From: Callorhinchus milii
Taxonomy: Eukaryota
DNA length: 64,000 nt
NCBI RefSeq assembly: GCF_018977255.1
Contig: NW_024704743.1
Location: forward strand, 109,680,001 to 109,744,000
Reading direction: 5' to 3'
How positions within the stretch are numbered: the first letter of the stretch is position 1; the number at the start of each line of letters is the position of its first letter. Below the pieces are notes generated by a model that ran no database searches, had not been told where the DNA came from, and saw only the letters and a list, made by a program, of their open reading frames with translations. Made by a program: the position numbers and the translations under genes. Below are positions 35,141 to 48,789 of the stretch, one piece after another.

Positions 35141-36063
35141 CCAAAGAATAGGGAGAAGGTGGCTGTAAGTACAGTCAAATAGCTAGGTCTTAATTAATAA
35201 TCCTTGCATTTGATATAGCGCCTTATCACATCACTAAGTCATCTCAAAGTGCTTCAGAGAATATCTTGTAAAGTGGATAGACTGTGTATTTTGTGAGGGA
35301 AACTGGATAAAGTGGATTTAAGCGAAGGGGCAAGGAGAAAGGAATTTACAGTCCTAATTTATAAAAATGGTCTCGTTTTTAAGGAAGCAGAAAAAAACAG
35401 CTTCCAAACTGAGACTGGGATTTATTTAAGAAAATATTCCCACATCCACACTATCTTAAAATTAAAGACAAAATGCTCTGACAGGCTAAGACTCAGCTCC
35501 TTTTTGTTCATGGATGCTGCTCATCACATTAGTGGGGAGTCTATTGCACACACCTATTACTCTGTGGGAAACAAATTATTTCTAATCTGAAGTCTTGCCT
35601 GAAGCTGGTTCCTTTATGTCTACTTGCTTCTCCTCTCTCCACACTCACAGCTCATGTTGAATAATCTTCTCACATCTGCATTATTCATTCTCCTGGGTAT
35701 TTTGGAATCCTGTGTCGTGTCTCTCCTCAATCCCTTTTCTGTCTGTGAAACGGCATTAAATTCTGTGAGGTTTAAGACTCATCTTTCCTTTTCAACCTCC
35801 ATTTTGGCTTCCTTCCTCATCTCTGTGCGCACACACCCTTCCCTCTCCAACACACACAGCTCAAGCTCTGAGTCAACTGTTAAGATGCTCTAATGTGAAA
35901 CGCACTGTATAAATGTCAATTGTTGTTAAATAATCAAAAATATTCCTTGCATTTAATATAGGTCTTTTCACGGCGGGAAAATGTCTCAAAATGCTTCACA
36001 GGATTTTTGTAAAGTGTAGTGACTACCTTTTTTGTAGGTGAATGTGACAGCCAATATCCCATA

Positions 36064-36423
36064 ATGGTTAGAGCACTCGCCTCTCAAACTAGAGGACTCG
36101 GGTTCGATTCCCGGGCAAAGCAAAATCATAGGCAAGTTTCTTTATATGCTTCTGTTTAACCTTACAGGAAGTAGGAACACAGTCATTAGTCAATTGGCAG
36201 ATCGTTTTCTGGGGTTAATAATCCCTAAAAAAAATTAGTAATAATAATTTGGTCAGTCAATTCATCACTGTTTGCAGGAAACTGCTGTGCGCAATCGGCT
36301 GCTGCATTTCACCTACAGAATATATAGTCAATTCAGTTTACAGTATATTCTATGAAGTGTTTTGAGACGTCTCAAAGACGTGATAAGGCATTATACTAAA
36401 TGCAAGGAGTATAATTATTATTA
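36064..36423 (+). mobile_element. SINE family A, long variant, decayed
   Basis: tggttagagcactcgcc..ggttcgattccc, internal segment, tail. Confidence 0.85.
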
Positions 36424-36619
36424 ATATGCACACAATACCAGCGATGGAATTCTATGCTCTCCCAGGCTAAAAATAATACTTTAGAGCAAGAAGCTCAGTA
36501 AATTATTACCCTCTTTCACAGATCAATTGCACAGATAAATACTGAGCAGAAAAAAACAAAGGACCTATAATTTCAAAACAAAAACTCGCCTGCCTCAAAT
36601 TTCAAACAAGTGTCAGATG

Positions 36620-36930
36620 TTGGGAGCTAAAGGGCATAGCTGAAGATTTGGCAACCAAAGGGCAGAGCTGAAGACTTGGTACTGAAGGGGAGAGGGACTT
36701 GCAATGGACAGAATTAGCCTGAGCAATGGGGGTGGGCATAGGAGGAGGAGATCATAGAGTGAGGAAGGTGCTACGGCAGGAAGGGATTTATAGGTGAGGG
36801 TGAGAACAAGAGTCAATGGATCCTGGCGAGCACTGGGTGATGGGAGGACGGAGTCAAGTGCAGGGTGGTGGACATTTGGATCAGCCAAATCTTATGGATG
36901 GTTGGACTAAGGAGACCAGTGAGGAGTGCA
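36620..36930 (-). mobile_element. Highly decayed L2 3' fragment
   Basis: gggatttataggtgagggtgagaac; ORF LVLTLTYKSLPAVAPSSLYDLL resembles [21 protein letters not shown]. Confidence 0.6.
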
Positions 36931-37704
36931 TTAAAGGATAGCTTTAATACCCTGAATGTATGCATTCATGCTGTGCCATGGTGCATCAGAGTCGTGGTTT
37001 CCTGAAACTGCTGAAGAAGCCCTTCTGTTCTGTCAAAGGTAATTAGCACCAATCTGCTGCCTCCATCTATAAAAGCCCTGGGACGGTTGACCTGGGAGCA
37101 TGCAAGCAATCGAGTCTGGAGGCAGCATTGTAATGGCACCAGCCTTGCTGACACAGACTCTTCTCAGGGGTGGAATGAGTTAGCATATCCCACCATGTGT
37201 GCTTTTGAGATTTGTCAAGCCAGATGTGGCCTAAGGGAACAATGAGTGAGCAACAGCGGAAAGCAGAAGGGAGCCAGATAGCAAGCTATAACGACGACAA
37301 CGATGTGACTCATAGCAGCTCTAGGCCTAGGCTGCAGCAAGTACTTAGTTACGACTTACTTCTGGAACTAGACGTGCTGGGAATTTCTCTTGCTGGCCCT
37401 GGGCTGGAATCAATTCACTTGTCAGGAACCCTCTACCTCAAGCTGGTTCTTTGGGTGACCTGACGTCAGGAAGCTTCTGGCTGACAGCTTTGTATATTTT
37501 GAAGACAGCTCTTGAATGTGTCAACCATGGCTCAAATTAGTACCTCTCTGAGTCAGAAAGTTGTGTGTTCAACCTCCCAACGTAAAAGGCACTTTATAAA
37601 TGCAATTTGTTGTTGTTGTTGTCGCTGCAGACCAGGACCCAGCAGGTTATATTAGCCGAACGGTCTCCTCCTGTTCCAACACTTCTAACTTGGAAAATTC
37701 CAAG

Positions 37705-37828
37705 TCGCTCCAGGAAGAGAGTGCACATTCCATTTAAGGAAATCTCCGTGTGTAAGTGGGATACAGACATTTCTGACTGGTTTGGATACTCTTAGACATG
37801 GAGATGGATTTCCACATGTATCAGACCA
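37705..37828 (-). mobile_element. Unclassified repeat X fragment
   Basis: ggaagagagtgcacattccatt..ggtttggatactctta..ttccacatgtatcagac. Confidence 0.68.
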
Positions 37829-38319
37829 CAATAAATTTCTATGCACCTATTTACGTATCGCCTACAAATATAAACACAACCATCTATTTAAATTTTCCGT
37901 GGGACATTTTGACATTATGAGCACTATGTTAAAGGCAGCAATTGTCATTTGTTATTCTGTTGTGACCCTCATTCACCGTCATAACAATTCACCAAATTTA
38001 AGTACAGGAGCAAAGTAGTGGGAGTTTGAGGCCTCATATGCAGACGTTTATGCTGCTTATAAAATTGCTAGAAAGAAAATCTTTTACGCTTACATCTGCT
38101 CATGCATAAATGGCCCTGAGCAGTAACAGGTTTTCATTCCAAGTTCAGGCACGAACCTCAGTGTTATGGCCTCACCTCGTAACATTGTAGCCTAACTTCG
38201 CACTTGTTACAGCACTTATAATGTGGAAAAGGTAATTAATTGCTGGCAATTGTAGTGACTTTTTTATTGCATGGCAGTCAATTTACTCATATAAACATCC
38301 TGAAGCTGGCTGACTGACT

Positions 38320-38620
38320 GATTCTCCAGTTCAGTGCTGGTGGGAGCGCTGAATTGTCGAAGGTACCGTCTTTTGGATGAAACATTAAAAAATGATCTGT
38401 TTATTCAGATGGGCATTAAAGATTACACTGCACTCTTCGAAAAAAGAAGGGAGTTTATCCCGGTGTCTGTAGTCAACAATGCCCCAATGAAATTGGTTCA
38501 CTTCATGACTGCTTGTGGGACGTTGTTATTCACAAATTGGCTGCCACATTTGCCTACGATTAACGTGATTTGAGACATCCTCCTGTTATGAAAGGGGCTT
38601 TACTCAATGTAAGGATTATT
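38320..38620 (+). mobile_element. SINE family B, core and tail
   Basis: ggtaccgtcttttggatgaaacattaaa..aaattggctgcc..aaggattatt. Confidence 0.72.
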
Positions 38621-39224
38621 TTTGATTGGTGTTACATTTCCCAAACTGGTCTTCACCTTATGTAGTCCTTCATGGAACAGGGGAAGCGAGTGCTCAGAAA
38701 GCTGATGAAACTTGTTCAGTTCTTGAAGGGAAATTGAGTTGATTTGTGAAATTACTTGTGTTTTGTCTAACTTCTTTGAAACAATTTTTCTAGAACTTTC
38801 AAAGCAGCTCAGATAAGATTTTTTTTCATTTCCCTCCAGTGCTGTATCATTTTATGACATGACACACTAAGTCAGCCGTATCCCACAGAGATTCCTTTGA
38901 TGTCATTCCTTCTCCTAAGAAAGCACGCTCAAATTCACAGATAAAAATTATGAAGAAAGGGAACAGTAGATAATGTTGATTAAATCCACTCTCAAAATCC
39001 GAGCTGCTATTCAGAGTAAAGAAACCAGTAAAACTCTTTCCAACAAAAGGGAACACCTGCCTCAGTTGGAAGCACTCTCGCCTCAGATTCCGAAGGCTGT
39101 GGGTTCAAGCCCCATGTTGGGACTTTGAGCTCATAAGCCAGGCCGACACTTTAGTACAGTGCTGGAGAGCACAAGATGTTAAACCAAGTCCCATCAGTCT
39201 GTTCTTCAAGTTCAATAACAATAA

Positions 39225-39620
39225 TTATGCTTGCATTTTGGTAAGTATTTATTGTATCTTGAAGCATTTTATAAAGTATCCTATACAGTGCAGAAACTGT
39301 GTTTGAAGAAGAATATGGCATACAATTTGCACACAGGAATATTCCACAAGTCAATGACTAATTTTATCTGGAGGTTTTTCGGCCACGGTAAAGCTACCTT
39401 CTCTTTTTCAATAGTGACGAGATCATAAACACTCACCTGAACAGACAGTCGGGAGCTAGGTTTAATGTCTCATGCGAAAGATGGCACCTTTGACAGTGCA
39501 GCACTCCTCCCGGGCACTGGGCTGGAACGTTAGCCTATGAGCTCAAAGTCCCAGTGTGGAGTTCGAACCAACAACCTTCTGACTCAGAGGCGACAGTGCT
39601 ACCAACTGAGCCAGGCTGAC
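39225..39620 (-). mobile_element. SINE family B, near full length
   Basis: Well-preserved head gttcgaaccaacaaccttctgactcagaggcgacagtgctaccaactgagccaggctgaca. Confidence 0.8.
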
Positions 39621-39708
39621 AGCTAAAGTTTCTGCAGCACTTCTTGCTTCATACTTGTTTGTGAGACTTTGCTGTGTGCACAATGACTGATGTGCTTGCC
39701 TGCAAATG

Positions 39709-40027
39709 TAATAATAATAATAATAATCCTTGCATTTGATATAGCGCTTTTCACGTCGGGAGGACGTCCCAAAACGCTTCACAGAACACACTGTAAAGTG
39801 AATTGACTGTATATTTGTGGGTGAACGCGGCAGCCAATTGCGCACAGCAATGTCTCACAAACAGTCGTAGATTGAAAATGACCAATTTTATTATTGTTTT
39901 TGGTTTTTGGAGGGATTATTAGGCGTGTGGAGTAAGGAAACTTGCCCAAGGTTTCGCCCTGCCTGGAATTGAACTCAGGTCTCTCGCTTGCAAAGCGAGT
40001 GCTCTAACCTCTGAGCTACAGGACTCC
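39709..40027 (-). mobile_element. SINE family A, young short variant
   Basis: Near-identical to the copies at 14343 and 6556. Confidence 0.95.
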
Positions 40028-41193
40028 ATCTGTGTACTGCTGTAAAGGTAATAAATCCACAGATAAAATTGTTCATTCATTTCATAGTTGTTTGCAAGAC
40101 ATTACTGTTCACAAATTGGTTGCTACGTTTTCCTACAAATGCAGTCACTACACTTCACAGCACATCTCGATGACATGGCACTATATCAAATGTAAAGATT
40201 ATTTTTATTATTTCTGTGAAGTGCTTTGAGATGTTATAAACACCAGAACATTTTTATAGCTCATTTATTTTTTAACTAACAGAACATTGCGTGTGCTCCT
40301 GTATTTTGAAGCAGAGCGGCAGATTCCCCAGTACTCTGTCAAATCATCCTTACATTTTGGTATAGTACCTAGATGCGGCTGATACTTGATAACGCACAGC
40401 ACCTTATCACATCGTTGAGGCTTCTTAATGCACTTCATAACATTTTCTGCTAAGTACAATGACCATGCATTTATAGGTGAACATAGCAGACAATTTGCAC
40501 ACAGCAATAAACCCACGACCAGCAGTGAAAGAGTGACCGATTTTATGTGGGAGATTAGTGGTCAGAATAAATTCTCTTCTCTTTTTGAACAGGGCCATAG
40601 GATCTTTAATAACCACCTGAACAGGCAATTAGGTCCTCGGTTGAACACTTCATCTGAAGTAGATCTTAAGTTCACATGGCTGCAAACTGTAAGGTGATCT
40701 TAAATTGCGATCTTAAGTTTTGGTTGGTCTGGCAGGCTAAAGTGAGGTGGAATTGCAGACCTCAGCAGGAGTGTTAAATGTTGCTTTGTGAAAAGACTGC
40801 AAAACCAAATATTAATATTACCAAAAGGGTTATTTTTCCTCTTTGAAAACTGAGGAAGCCAAATGTTATTGTGAAGTTCCTCTCCTGTAACTTGTTTTCC
40901 ACTCCAGCACGTGATGTGGCTGTTAATGAGCATTTCAGAGTTGCCTTTCTTTGTCATCTTATCAATATTAGCGGCAAAAAGCTTATAAATATTTATGGGG
41001 CCCAAAGGGTCTTATTAATATTAATTTCCGTCCGATTCTTTCAACAGTAACATTCACCAGTTCTGCTAATATACAACATGACCTTTCATATCGTCACTTT
41101 GAGATAACAATAACATTTAGGGTTCCTGGTATATAATAATCATTGCATTCGATATACAGCTTATCACGACTCTTCACAGCATTTCACTGTAAA

Positions 41194-41574
41194 GTAATCC
41201 TTGCATTTATATAGCGGCTTATCACATCTTCGAACCGTCTCAAAGCGCTTCACAGAATATACTGTAAAGTGAATTGACTGTATATTTTGTGGGTGAAATG
41301 CTGCAGCAAATTGCTCACAGCAGTGTCCCACAAAAGGTCATGGATTGAGTGACCAAATTATAATTATTATTCTTTAATTTTTTTTGAAGGGATTATTATG
41401 CCCGGAAAAGCAATCTGCCGCCAATCAGCTAACAGCCAGGTTCCTAGTTACTGCTAGGTCAACAGAGGCGTGTGGGTTAAGGAAACTTGCCCAACATTTC
41501 GCCCTGCCAGGAATCAAATCCAGCTCCTCTTGCTTGCGAGGCGAGTGCTCTAACCACTAACCTATGGAACTCCA
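41194..41574 (-). mobile_element. SINE family A, long variant
   Basis: Shared body, internal segment and head. Confidence 0.88.
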
Positions 41575-41633
41575 TTAAAGTGTAGTGACCGTACAATTTG
41601 TAAGTGAATCCTGCAGCCAATTTGTCCACCGGA

Positions 41634-41656
41634 AGCAAGCAAGCAAGCAAGCAAGC

Positions 41657-41687
<31 letters not shown>
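41634..41687. repeat. Compound microsatellite (GCAA)n(GAAA)n
   Basis: Directly visible. Confidence 0.95.
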
Positions 41688-41744
41688 CCCAGTTGAATAT
41701 CTCATGTGAAGGACTCCAGACAATCTAGTCCAAGCTGCTCTCCC

Positions 41745-42075
41745 CGCCTGGCTATCACTCCCACCCGCACCTGGCTCCCCATTCCCCAGAGGATAGAGTT
41801 CAAAACCCTGTCTTCACCTTACAAAGCCATCCATGGCCTTGCTCCTTCCTACATCTGTGACCTGCCAACGCCATATCCTCCGCTCAGCAGGCTCCGGCCT
41901 GTTCCACGTCCCCCGCCCGGCCCACCTCACCATTAGTGGTCGGGCCTTCAGCCTCTCTGTCCCCACCCTTTGGAACTCCATCCCAGTCCCTTCGACTTGC
42001 TCCCTCCTTTGCCTCCTTCAAGGTGTGTCTCAAGACCTTCCCCTTCGACTGTGCCTTCAGTCACCCTCTTACCCC
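41745..42075 (+). mobile_element. Decayed L2 3' fragment
   Basis: ORFs [22 protein letters not shown] and GLFHVPRP..TISGRAFSLSVPTLWNSIP. Confidence 0.85.
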
Positions 42076-42479
42076 TTCACTCCCTGGATGAAGGAGGGAA
42101 GGTGAGGGAGAAGGAAAATCATGTGCAGTATAAAGACCAGCACGGACTGGTTGGAGTAAATAGCCCATAGGTAAATGGTGCTGTACAATACATGCATTTC
42201 TAAAACTGGATTAAGAAACGAAAGTGGTAAACTGCGAAGATAATGAGGTCTCAGGTATGTGTTACCTACAAAAATACAGCTGGTCTCTTCGTCTTCTGAC
42301 AGAATAACCCTTGGTGGCTGCCGATTGCGTTAAACAGCAAGTGCAGGGCTGGTTAAGGCTTAAATGGGGAGTTTTACTGGGACACTGGGATCTGGAGACA
42401 ATCTTTCACCAACACTGTTATTCCAGTTTAATTGTAACCAAATTTTATTCAGTGCTTGCAGCAATTAAAAGCAGAATAT

Positions 42480-42760
42480 ACCACCCACTCACCCAACACG
42501 TACATGTACGCACACCCATACACGCATGTACATACGCATACATGAGCACACATATCCACAAACATACACATACATAGACGTATAAACACACACGTGTTCA
42601 CACACATACATATATAGTGTATGTACATACATGCACACACACATATGCTACACACACATACACATGCAAATGTAGATTACATAAATATTTACACACACAA
42701 ATGTATACCACACACACAAAGACCCAGACACACACGTACAGAGCTAGATACACAGACAGG
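42480..42760. repeat. Degenerate (CA/TA)n microsatellite
   Basis: Alternating purine-pyrimidine tract. Confidence 0.9.
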
Positions 42761-42944
42761 CAACAGTGAGGAAGCGTAGTTACATGAACTTTAATTATAT
42801 TAAGTGAATGGGCAGCAGTCAACAACCCTTTTGAAAAGTGCGAATTTAAAAAAGAAACTCTTATCATTGGAAAAAATACATAGACTATTGAAAATGCAGC
42901 AGCATCGACCAGTATGTGAAAGAGAACGCTAGGTTAATGTTTCA

Positions 42945-43300
42945 GGTGACATGCCTGGCGAGATAGAATTGCAAAATTGAGTCAACCGACTGTGGCGGTC
43001 TCGGTTCCTGAGCCAAGAGGGATCCCAGTACTCCAGGGCACTGCTGGTGACAGAGCAGCCAGCCTGGCTCATCAGTCAGACTTTGTTGGAGCAGACCAGT
43101 GACTGAGAGCAGAGATTATTCCCTGTTAACCCTGCAGGCCAAAGCACTAATGGGTATGGTGGTCCAGCTGGACAAACAGCGGGAAGCTTGCCAGTCAGTG
43201 ATCACAATGGCAAGCTATGCAGTTTTAGCTGGGTAAACTGCAATAGTAGCCCCCCTCCAACACACATGCTAAGGCCCTTCAAGCCTTGGCTCTTGCCAAC
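42945..43300 (-). mobile_element. Unclassified repeat X, long piece linking the distal and proximal segments
   Basis: Shares sequence with 27750-27980 and 61820-62030 at one end and with 18960-19010 (reverse complement) at the other. Confidence 0.7.
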
Positions 43301-43331
43301 AGGTGTCAGCCTGTCTCAATAGGTAGAAATA

Positions 43332-43548
43332 TCACCTCTGACTCAGAAGGTTGTGGGTTCAAGCCCCATGGCAGGGCTTTGAACTCACAGTGTGAGCTGT
43401 CCTGACACACATGGAAACCCATCATGAAAGTATCCAAAGCTGAGAGTTCCACATACGTATGCCACCTACACACAAAAATTTCCATGTGTCTGGAATATGC
43501 ACTCTCTCCCTCGAGAGTGTTAGGTGTAGGTTGGTAAGAACCAAGGCT
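43332..43548. repeat. Left arm of an inverted repeat (SINE-B head fused to repeat X)
   Basis: Reverse complement matches 43993-44214; exact run ttaggtgtaggttggtaagaacca. Confidence 0.88.
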
Positions 43549-43992
43549 TGGGGACCCCAGAATGAATGTTGTTGAGGGGAGGTGAGAAAACTGAGAAACT
43601 CATTGAGGTTTATAGATATGTGCAGGAACGACAGAACAAATCAGCTCTGTATGTGTTTGAGGTAAGAGGGAAGGTGGCTGCTGCTGCTGCCAGGCCCAGT
43701 TTCCGTCCTTTTTCGAGGCAGGAATAGTGTAACGTCACAACTTTGGTTCTTTCTCGCTGCGTCGTGGCGCCTCTGGCACAACCAAGAGACAAGGAGTCGT
43801 CCGCACTGGACAAAGCTGGTTATGATTCCTTCGCATGTGGGGCTGCCCCTTCCTCTTGTTATCAGTCATTAAAATGTTGAATAAACGTGGGCTGTCTGCA
43901 AAATGAAGAAAGAGAGACAAGAGAGAAAATAAGGGAATGTTACAGCATGGAAACAAGTCATTCAGCCCATCCAGTCTGCCTTTCTCCACCTG

Positions 43993-44214
43993 AGCCCTGG
44001 TTCTTACCAACCTACACCTAATACTCTTGAGGGAGAGAGTGCACATTCCATTCCAGACACAGAAACATTTCTATGTATATGTGGAACTATCAGTCTGCTT
44101 TGGATACTCAAAAGTATGGTGATGGGTTTCCGGGTGTGTCAGGGCAGCCCACACAGTGCGATTTCAAAGCCTTGCCATGGAGCTTGAACCTATAACCTTC
44201 TGAATCAGAAGTGA
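43993..44214. repeat. Right arm of the inverted repeat
   Basis: Same SINE-B/X junction and same internal deletion as the left arm. Confidence 0.88.
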
Positions 44215-46404
44215 GTCAAATCCATTCTCCCGTTCTCCCAATTCGCTTCCGAGTCAGATGGTTGTTGGGTTCAAGCCCCACATTGGAACTCTGAGCTCCT
44301 AGTCTAGACTGATGCTTCACAGCTGTATTGTTGGAGGTGACATCTGTGGGTGAGACGCTAAACCGAGGTCTGCCTGCCTTTTCGAGTGAATATTATAAGT
44401 CTATTTGAAAAGACAAGTGAGTTTCTCCTAGAATTTAGCTTAACAATCCCCCAGATAAAAAAAAGCTAGTCACCTGAGCTCAGTTCAACATCTTACATGA
44501 AGGACGGTACCTCCGACAATACAGTAATGCAATGTCCCCCCCTCCAGCAATACACTGGAGTGTTTACTTAGACTGTGAGCTCAAGTCCCAGCGTGGGGGG
44601 GCTTGAATCCACAACTTTTCTGACTCAGATATGAGAGCGCTACCAAGCGAGATCCCATCTGCTGTTCAGGTTGATGTCAATGATTCAGTGAGCCTATTCA
44701 GAGTTTCTGCTGCTGTTCTGGCCAGCAATCCCCCAGATAAAATTGGTCATTCACTTCATGGCTGTTGGTGGGATACCGATTTGCGTACAAATACAGTCAC
44801 TACAAAAATTCCCATGAAGCACTTCCGAGACATTACAGCCACTATATCAAATGCAAGGACCTCTATTTATTTTATCGCTGTCATTTCCGGTTAGGAAGCA
44901 TTGCACAAAAAACACAGTTCTTCACTCTCCCGTCACGGTTGCTTTAGTGCCCTGACCTGCCTGCTACACTTATTGACGCGAGTTGGCTGCTGTGTGTTAG
45001 TTATGACCAGACTGTGAAAGTTTGCTTAGTGAGGAAAAAAAAGCCTCAGCGATAGAGCAATCAAAACTGTGCTTTAGGATCAGTAATGCTTACAGAGGCA
45101 AAGCAGTCAGGCAGAGCCCAGTGAGGTATAATGGCTCACTTATCTGCTAGCTGCAGCTCCAGGCACTTCAGTCTTGCATCATCCCAGTGCAATAAGGATT
45201 ACTAACTCCGGCTCTAGAGTTGTCCATATTGAAGGTGGGATATCCAGGAAGAGGCAGGTCAACTCTGTGGCTTCCTTCCCAGACAACTTAAATTAACTCC
45301 CGCAAACCCACGGAATTGCTTGTTATGCAGGAACTGTGTGCGATAAAGTTGATTTACATAGGAAACGTGTTCAGCCTCTTTGACTAATCCAACCTGTGTA
45401 ACAATATTTACAAATGAGAATATTTCTTCGCAAAACTCCCCCCACCTCCCTGTCATCCCCAAGTCTTTATTGTGAACGGTGAAATGCTGCCGGATGTGAA
45501 GTTTAAAGAACATCATATGAATGTTTCAAAAAAAGATAAAAGTTGATGACTTTTCTACACGCACCTGGTCAGATTCTATGCCACTAACCTCTGGAACTCC
45601 TTCCTCTACCCTTCTGTTTTTCCCCCATCCCTTCTCTCTAAATGTCTTGAAGTCCTTTAATCGTGCCTATGGTCAACTCCCTCCTCACCCTAGGCCAATT
45701 CCTGCTGAGAAAAGGGAACAACACGGTCGGTAGGGCTTGAGGAGGTCGGAGACGTTGGGTGGGGAGAGACTATGGCACACTTGCATTCAGAGAAACAATC
45801 CCGGGCCTTCTGTCTGCTAACAGTGGGACGGCATCTTTACGCTCGCAGAGTCAGACCTGACACACGCGCAAAGTGCTCTGAGATGTTCCCACGTTTGCAT
45901 CAAGCGTGAAGGATTGCTGTCACCGAGTTGCCCTCCTTTCAGCCTGAATAAAGCAGCACTGATCAAATGGTTAAGCACGACTTCCTCACTTTATTCAAAC
46001 ACAGCCTTGCCGTCTGCTGCCTTGTAAATGTCAGGGTCCCGGAATCTAATGTGACTGATAAGAGTCCCCCCGGTGACAGCTTGCTTATTCAGACATATGT
46101 CTGGCAGATGTGTGATAAATTGCCTGAGTCGGCTGGATGTCTTCAGTGAATTCTCAACAAGGTGACCGAGAAGTGAATGGTCAATTGTACTAGAGTCTTG
46201 CAATAACGTTCAGCTCCCTGTACATACCTGCCTTTGGGGAGTTAGGCAACAGCCCCTCAAACGCAGTCACAAAGCCATTGTTGGGGGGAAGAATTTTGTA
46301 TTTTCTAGCCCCTTTATCACGTCACAAACGTCTCAAGGCACTGCATATGTTCAGCAATTATTTTTCTAGGAAAATGTGGCAGCTAGTTTTGTAACCTATG
46401 ATAA

Positions 46405-46760
46405 TATTAAACCTTGAATTTGATGTGGTGCCTTTTAAGTCAGGATGCCCCAAAGCGCTTTGCACAATTTATTGTAAAGCGTAGTGACTGTGCATTTTGT
46501 AGGGAAATATGGCAGCCAATTTACGCACAGCAAACAGCTATGAAGTGAATGACCATTTTTTTTCATTGGGGCTATTGATGTCCAGGACACTGGGAGAAAC
46601 TCCCTTGTCTTTTTGAGTAGTGCCACAGGATTGTTAATGTCCACCTGAACAGGCAGACAGGCATCAGTTTTTAACATCTCAACCAAAGGACGGCACCTCT
46701 GACAATACAGCGCTTTTCCGGCACTGTATTAGAACGTTAGCCTAGATTGTGAGTTGGGTC
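46405..46760 (-). mobile_element. SINE family B
   Basis: ccaggacactgggagaaactccc..gtccacctgaacaggcagac..ggacggcacctctgaca. Confidence 0.78.
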
Positions 46761-48789
46761 TGACCACAATTACTTTTCGAGACATTTTGACATTATAGGT
46801 GTTGTGTCAAATCGAAGGATTCTCAGTTATCACATCAAGCAATGCATTGTATAGTGCAAGATCACTGTTTGAGTAGCCTTATTACTGTGTCCTTCGGAAG
46901 AGACAATAAAACCTCGGACTCCATCTGCCCATTCAAGTGGATGTTAAAGATTCCATGGCACTATTCGAAAATAGAGAGGAGTTACTCCCGGTTTCTATCA
47001 GTGTCCTGGTCAACAATCCTCCAGATCCAAAAAATTGGACATCCACTTCATGGCTGTTTGTGCAACATTGCTGTCCTGAAATGCATTAGTTTACAAATAC
47101 ACGGTTACTATACTTTCCAGAAAAACTCTATGAAGAGCATTATGCCATTCTGATGTTGTAGGCGTATCCACGGTATCAAATGTATTGATTATCATAATAT
47201 TCCTTGCATTTGATATAGCGCCTTATCACGTCATCGAGACGTCTCAAAATGCTTCACAGCAAATACTGTAAAGTGTAGTGATTGTGCATTTTGTACGCGA
47301 AACTTAATTAATTATTGAATGTGTCCGTGTTACTTTCAGACATTTGTTCAAAAGTCTCTGATTTTTTTTTAAAAGTACATATGTCGGGTGGGATCAGCTA
47401 AATTCATCCACTGATACTTTCAAAGTCTGAATTCAAAGCAAGCTTAATCTCCCTTTTATTATGCTAAAGCTCTTTTTCATCCCTGCTCACTTTTTAAAAA
47501 AAATTCTGATCGTGAAATGTTTCTCGTTTCCCACCCACTTTTGCTCGCCAAAATGTCACTTCAAAGGAGAGTGTGTTTTTTTCCTGCTCTCTCTCCCCCT
47601 CCCCCATGTCTTGTTAATTCCGATCCTCACTCACTTTTGCTACATAATTTCAGATCTGTCTCTCAAAATCTTTATCCCAGTGGGACACCCGCTGTCTGGA
47701 AGATTTTGAACCTTGATCTTGACATGCCACAAAAATCCGACAACCCACTTCCTTGCTTAATCTGGCATTTAATTGTGGAGGACTCAGTTCTTAGCTCATC
47801 TATTTCAAAGATTTGAATACTATTCATATTAATTCCACTCTGGCAACACTTTCTTTCTGTGTCCTCCCCTTCTTTGATCATGCAAAATACCTTAATATCC
47901 AAGCTGCAACTTTATAATAAGAATAAATCTTTCATTTTAGATGCAATTTGCTGTTGCTATTGTTGTTACTTTTAATACAGTGCCTCACCATGTTTTCGAA
48001 ATATCTCAAAGCGCGTTACCGGATATACTCTGCATGTGGAGAACACAGCAGCTAATTTTCACACACCAATGTCCCACAAACAGCCAAAAGAAGTGAATGA
48101 CCATTTTTTTTTATCTCAAAGACCTAATGTGGGGGCTTGAAACCCACAACCTTCCAAGTCAAAAGTGAGAGTGTTACCGAATGAGCCGAGCTGACACTTG
48201 AAAGCAATTATTATTGTATTATTTTGTTATAAATAGCGTATTATTTTATTTATTACAATTTCAAATTTGATCTTAATTTGATGAAAGTTTTTCAGCAGTT
48301 TCTTAGAAAGAATTCAAGACATGGAGTTGAATTTCCCACAACTTTGAGTGAAAAGGGTCTCACAGATGGAATTTCAAGTTTTATTTTTTCATTGACGCCT
48401 GTGGATGTCACCAGTGAATTGACTTGTTCGGGCCAGAAAAGACTATCGACAAATGGAACTGAACTTTTCATTACTTGACATGAGCAGAGTACAAAACACT
48501 CAGAAAATAACCCTCGATGGGATCTCCAGTGTGCCTGTATACAAACAGTGGCACACACCCAAATGAAAATGAGAAGAGACAGCTTTCTTCCAATCGTCTA
48601 GTGCTCGCTCGCTATCTGTCTCGCTCCCTGATTGTGAAACCTGTCCTGGGAGATACCACAGAGAGGAAGTGTGTTGGTCCTTAATTGAGATTTTTATTCT
48701 GCTGTCTGTCTGTCTGTCTGTCTGTCTGTTACAGACCAGATTTTGTGCTGCAGTTAACCCAGCCATAAATAAAATTTATAAAATAAAAT

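Noticed and set aside
37055..37127. 11-bp inverted repeat tgctgcctcca/tggaggcagca around a TATAAAA word
   Set aside because: Too short to support a pre-miRNA or promoter call without conservation or expression data
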